64,000 bases of DNA from Gammaproteobacteria bacterium (GTDB lineage Bacteria; Pseudomonadota; Gammaproteobacteria; G965277405): contig OZ255726.1 in NCBI GenBank assembly GCA_965277405.1, forward strand, positions 1,280,001 to 1,344,000, read 5' to 3'. Below, piece by piece: positions 62,181 through 64,000 of this stretch. Each line of letters starts with the position of its first letter. Positions within the stretch are counted from its first letter, which is position 1. The notes under the pieces were generated by a model. The model worked only from the letters and a program-made list of their open reading frames with translations, was not told where the DNA came from and made no database searches. The position numbers and the translations under genes are program-made.

Positions 62181-63251
62181 TTACTGATATTGCGTGGGAA
62201 AACAAACAAGATGAACCATCGCAAAGCGAATACCGACCTGGCTGCCAATTTCATACACTTGGTGGCTTGGCGTATTGCAATATATCCGCACATTTTGTTG
62301 TGCCAAGGTATATAAAAAATTAGCACCATGAAACTGCCTTTCAATAATATCCAACTGCGCTACGGCGACAGGGTCAATACATACATCATCGGGGCGTATC
62401 AAGATGTCCACGGTATCACCGACATGCCAACTAGTTGTGGTATGACCGCTAATAGGGCCTAAGGAGGTGCTCACGGTCATCTGTGTGCCTTTTATATATT
62501 CAATGATTGCAGGAAGAAACACCCCTTGACCAACAAAGCTTGCCACGAAACGATCCACAGGTTTATGGTAGACGTTGTAGACAGCATCCCATTGTAATAT
62601 ATTGCCATTGTTGATCACTCCAACGTAGTCACAAAGGTGAAGTGTCTCAATTTGGTCATGAGAAATAACAATACCAGTGATTTGTTCTGCACGCATCAGC
62701 GTGCGTAGCACTCGTGATAAATAATTGCGCAGGGCGCTGTCTTGGCTGCTAAATGGTTCATCCAACAATACCAAGCGCGGGCTGGGGGCCAATGATCGCG
62801 CCAGTGCTGCCCGTTGTTGCTGTCCGCCACTGAGCTGATGTTGGTATTTGTCTAAATGCGCAGAGATACGTAACTTTTGAGCAAGATCAGCGACACGTTG
62901 TAGTTGTGTGTCTGCTGATTTGTGGCGAATGCCAAAGGCGATGTTTTGGCGGATAGTCATATGGGGGAACAATGCCAAGTCTTGAAATAACACGCCCGTA
63001 TCACGATATTCAGGGGCAATATTTATCTGCTGGTCAGCATCCCACATTGGGGCGCCATTCATTATGATTGTGCCGCCTTCTGGATTTACAAAGCCACTGA
63101 TTGCCATAACCAAACTCGATTTACCAGCACCGCTTGGACCAAGAATTCCTGAGATTGCCCCCTGTGGAATTGCCAATGAAATATTGTTCAGTACAGCAGT
63201 GTTATCGTATAATACACTGAGTTTCTCAACAGTAATATATGCTGGGTGCAT
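62181..63251 (-). CDS. ABC ATP-binding protein, Fe3+/polyamine-type (FbpC-like)
   Basis: GPSGAGKS, FQDLALFPHM, LSGGQQQR.ALAR, LLDEPFS, C-terminal TOBE-like region. Confidence 0.85.
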   Translation of the reverse strand: MHPAYITVEKLSVLYDNTAVLNNISLAIPQGAISGILGPSGAGKSSLVMAISGFVNPEGGTIIMNGAPMWDADQQINIAPEYRDTGVLFQDLALFPHMTIRQNIAFGIRHKSADTQLQRVADLAQKLRISAHLDKYQHQLSGGQQQRAALARSLAPSPRLVLLDEPFSSQDSALRNYLSRVLRTLMRAEQITGIVISHDQIETLHLCDYVGVINNGNILQWDAVYNVYHKPVDRFVASFVGQGVFLPAIIEYIKGTQMTVSTSLGPISGHTTTSWHVGDTVDILIRPDDVCIDPVAVAQLDIIERQFHGANFLYTLAQQNVRIYCNTPSHQVYEIGSQVGIRFAMVHLVCFPTQYQ

Positions 63252-63256
63252 GGAGC

Positions 63257-64000
63257 CTATGTGGTTTTAAATATCGATTTTCTTGATTGCGATAATAGCA
63301 CCACGCCTGCAATAATGCTCAGACAAATAATAGCTAAACTAGGTGGCGCAGCCAATGAATATGATTCTTCTTTCGCGTGTTCAAATGCGAAAATTGCTAA
63401 TGTATTAAATTGTATTGGACGCAGTACTAATGTTGCAGGAAGTTCTTTGACAACATCAATCCAAACCAACAACAATGCTGCGAACAGACTAGATTTGAAA
63501 ATAGGCAGATGAATTAGGCCAAATAATGTAACTGTGTTGGTATGTAACAACCGGGCGCTGTAGTCAATTGACAGGCTGATGCGTTGCAAGCCATTGTCTT
63601 GGGTATTGACAGCAACACGTAAAAATCGAATGGTATAGGCAAACAATAAAATTAAAATTGTGCCGCTGAAAACCAGTCCAATATCTATGCCAAATAGATA
63701 ATCAACAACGGTGTTGATTTGATTATCTATATAGCCGACTGGGTAGAGAATAGCAACGGCAATCACCACGCCTGGCATCGCATAGCCATATGCTGACAAA
63801 TGTATCAACCAATGGAGACTTCTCACTTTTGGGTTACGCAAGGCATATGCCAGCGGTAATGCTATTGCAACAATCAACAGACTGGCAGCGATGCAGATAC
63901 CGATTGTTGTGAAACTCAGCTGCCATAATTGCTGAAAATATAATTGCGATACCGAGCTCCAGATAAGCAACTGCGCTACTGGCAATATGAAACCCGCCAA
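63257..64000 (-). CDS. Fe3+ ABC permease (FbpB-like), 5' end outside window
   Basis: GYAMPG.VIAV, FAYTIRF, EAA-like loop, IHLP, DVVKELPATLVLRP..FNTLA. Confidence 0.85.
   Translation of the reverse strand: MAGFILPVAQLLIWSSVSQLYFQQLWQLSFTTIGICIAASLLIVAIALPLAYALRNPKVRSLHWLIHLSAYGYAMPGVVIAVAILYPVGYIDNQINTVVDYLFGIDIGLVFSGTILILLFAYTIRFLRVAVNTQDNGLQRISLSIDYSARLLHTNTVTLFGLIHLPIFKSSLFAALLLVWIDVVKELPATLVLRPIQFNTLAIFAFEHAKEESYSLAAPPSLAIICLSIIAGVVLLSQSRKSIFKTT

Overview
This is a bacterial chromosome segment with a gammaproteobacterial-type housekeeping backbone: gatAB, argS, dxs, mltF, trpC, ratAB, ilvD, folE2, ubiE, parB, bepA, uvrB, purEK, rpmF-fabD-fabG, zapA, pssA, mfd and an Fe3+ ABC transporter. 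Several normally conserved operons are broken up. Nutrient-scavenging modules sit between these genes: a glycerophosphodiester phosphodiesterase, bdhA + GMC oxidoreductase + a LIV-type ABC transporter with a tandemly duplicated binding protein, TRAP + 3-hydroxyanthranilate dioxygenase + aldehyde dehydrogenase next to hglS, a nucleoside ABC transporter, and trpBA. The window holds two decayed IS5-subgroup elements and about nine full, partial or rearranged copies of a ~290-bp MITE with the same ends. That MITE appears to be a head-to-head dimer of a structured module and often sits at module boundaries. The most notable non-coding signal is a ~125-nt three-hairpin candidate sRNA with exposed anti-Shine-Dalgarno (CCUCCU) motifs between uvrB and purE. 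Other points of interest are ubiE apparently lacking a canonical start codon and frequent short tandem micro-duplications. No rRNA, tRNA or CRISPR array was seen. All calls come from reading motifs by eye; no database searches were run.
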